From contig VGCI01000001.1 of the NCBI GenBank assembly GCA_016870095.1, positions 266,922 through 330,921 of the forward strand: DNA of 64,000 bases, read 5' to 3'. The position numbers and the translations under genes are program-made. The notes below the pieces were generated by a model. It was given only the letters and a program-made list of their open reading frames with translations, did not search any database and was not told the origin of the DNA. The stretch is from Alphaproteobacteria bacterium (GTDB lineage Bacteria > Pseudomonadota > Alphaproteobacteria > Paracaedibacterales > VGCI01). Positions 63,265 to 64,000 of the stretch are shown here, piece by piece (positions within the stretch are counted from its first letter, which is position 1; the number at the start of each line of letters is the position of its first letter).

Positions 63265-64000
63265 ATGTTTGGAATGGGAAAACGCTTGCATCATCACCAT
63301 CATGAGGGCCCTTGTGACCACGACCATGGTGAGGAAGAGGAAAACAATGATATTACCATCCATGGGGCTGAAGATTTTGTAGGAATGCGCAAAGCCGGCA
63401 AATTGGCATCGCAAACCTTAGATTTTATTACTCCTTTTGTAAAAGCAGGCGTTACCACTGAAGAGTTGGATCAGTTATGTCATAAATTTATTGTTGAAAA
63501 AGGTGCTATTCCCGCTCCCTTAGGATATAGAGGGTTTCCAAAGTCTATTTGTACTTCAATTAACCACGTTGTTTGTCACGGTATTCCGGGAGATCGAAAA
63601 CTCTTGGATGGTGACATTTTGAATATTGACGTCACGGTTATTGTAGATGGTTGGCATGGCGACACCAGTCGTATGTTTACTGTGGGTAAGGTTGGGGTGA
63701 GAGCAAAGAAATTAATAGACGTCACTTATGAAGCGATGATGCGAGGGATTGAAGTTGTTCGACCGGGCGCTACTCTTGGGGATATTGGATATGCTATTCA
63801 ATCCTTTGTTGAAAAGCAGGGATTTTCTGTCGTACGCGATTTTTGTGGTCATGGCCTTGGAAAAATATTTCATAGCCCTCCCAATATTGTTCACTTTGGC
63901 AAACCCGGACAAGGCCTTGAGCTAAGAGAGGGGATGTTTTTTACAATTGAACCAATGATTAATGCAGGTCGGTATGAAGTCAAAATTTTATCTGATAATT
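63265..64000 (+). CDS. map: Methionine aminopeptidase type I, 3'-truncated by the window edge, with His-rich N-terminal extension
   Basis: Not in the ORF track because no stop falls in the window. My translation from the ATG at 63265 is MFGMGKRLHHHHHEGPCDHDHGEEEENNDITIHGAEDFVGMRKAG...VCHGIPG...DVTVIVDGWHGDTSRMF...FCGHGLG...FTIEPM, carrying the canonical metal-ligand blocks. Confidence 0.9.
   Translation, partial: MFGMGKRLHHHHHEGPCDHDHGEEEENNDITIHGAEDFVGMRKAGKLASQTLDFITPFVKAGVTTEELDQLCHKFIVEKGAIPAPLGYRGFPKSICTSINHVVCHGIPGDRKLLDGDILNIDVTVIVDGWHGDTSRMFTVGKVGVRAKKLIDVTYEAMMRGIEVVRPGATLGDIGYAIQSFVEKQGFSVVRDFCGHGLGKIFHSPPNIVHFGKPGQGLELREGMFFTIEPMINAGRYEVKILSDN

Overview
This 64-kb window looks like core chromosome of a low-GC alphaproteobacterium. 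The lineage markers are CtrA, an aa3-type cta oxidase cluster, a MidA/NDUFAF7-like methyltransferase, LptD/F/G plus SurA-RsmA, PutA and a PHA locus. The mix of these genes with orphan secreted proteins and a decaying catabolic gene would fit a host-associated lineage (Holosporales/Rickettsiales-like), but that placement is inference only. I call about 56 tightly packed protein-coding genes, many translationally coupled by 4-nt ATGA overlaps. They cover PHA metabolism, eno-kdsA-pyrG-secG, lgt-lepA-pheST, hemF-trmL-lptDGF, surA-rsmA-putA-ctrA, tyrS, anmK, pfk, hemB, a valine-catabolism pair, ctaCDB-ctaG...ctaE, dnaB, a leucine-catabolism (liu/mcc) cluster and a partial map gene. I recognised no rRNA, tRNA, CRISPR array, transposase, integrase or phage gene. 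I also found no convincing novel multi-gene defence or secretion system, and the window is mostly ordinary. Items worth a second look: (1) a PHA locus holding a free-standing paralog of the PhaC N-terminal region plus a coiled-coil porin, a patatin lipase and a signal-peptide esterase; (2) three unrelated orphan signal-peptide proteins (640, 214 and 303 aa) wedged between core genes, one with a tandem C-terminal repeat and one with an internal Cys-pair duplication; (3) a 1-nt frame disruption splitting mccA in an otherwise intact liu cluster; (4) an untracked 38-codon membrane ORF coupled at both ends between ctaB and ctaG, and an orphan YejA-like binding protein between ctaG and ctaE; (5) two perfect TTAA-N7-TTAAC CtrA-type boxes flanking dnaB, with ctrA in the same window; (6) a perfect 14-bp inverted repeat downstream of the 640-aa gene. 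Several ORF-track starts are over-extended and were trimmed by homology and RBS position. All family assignments come from motifs read by eye, and no database search was run.
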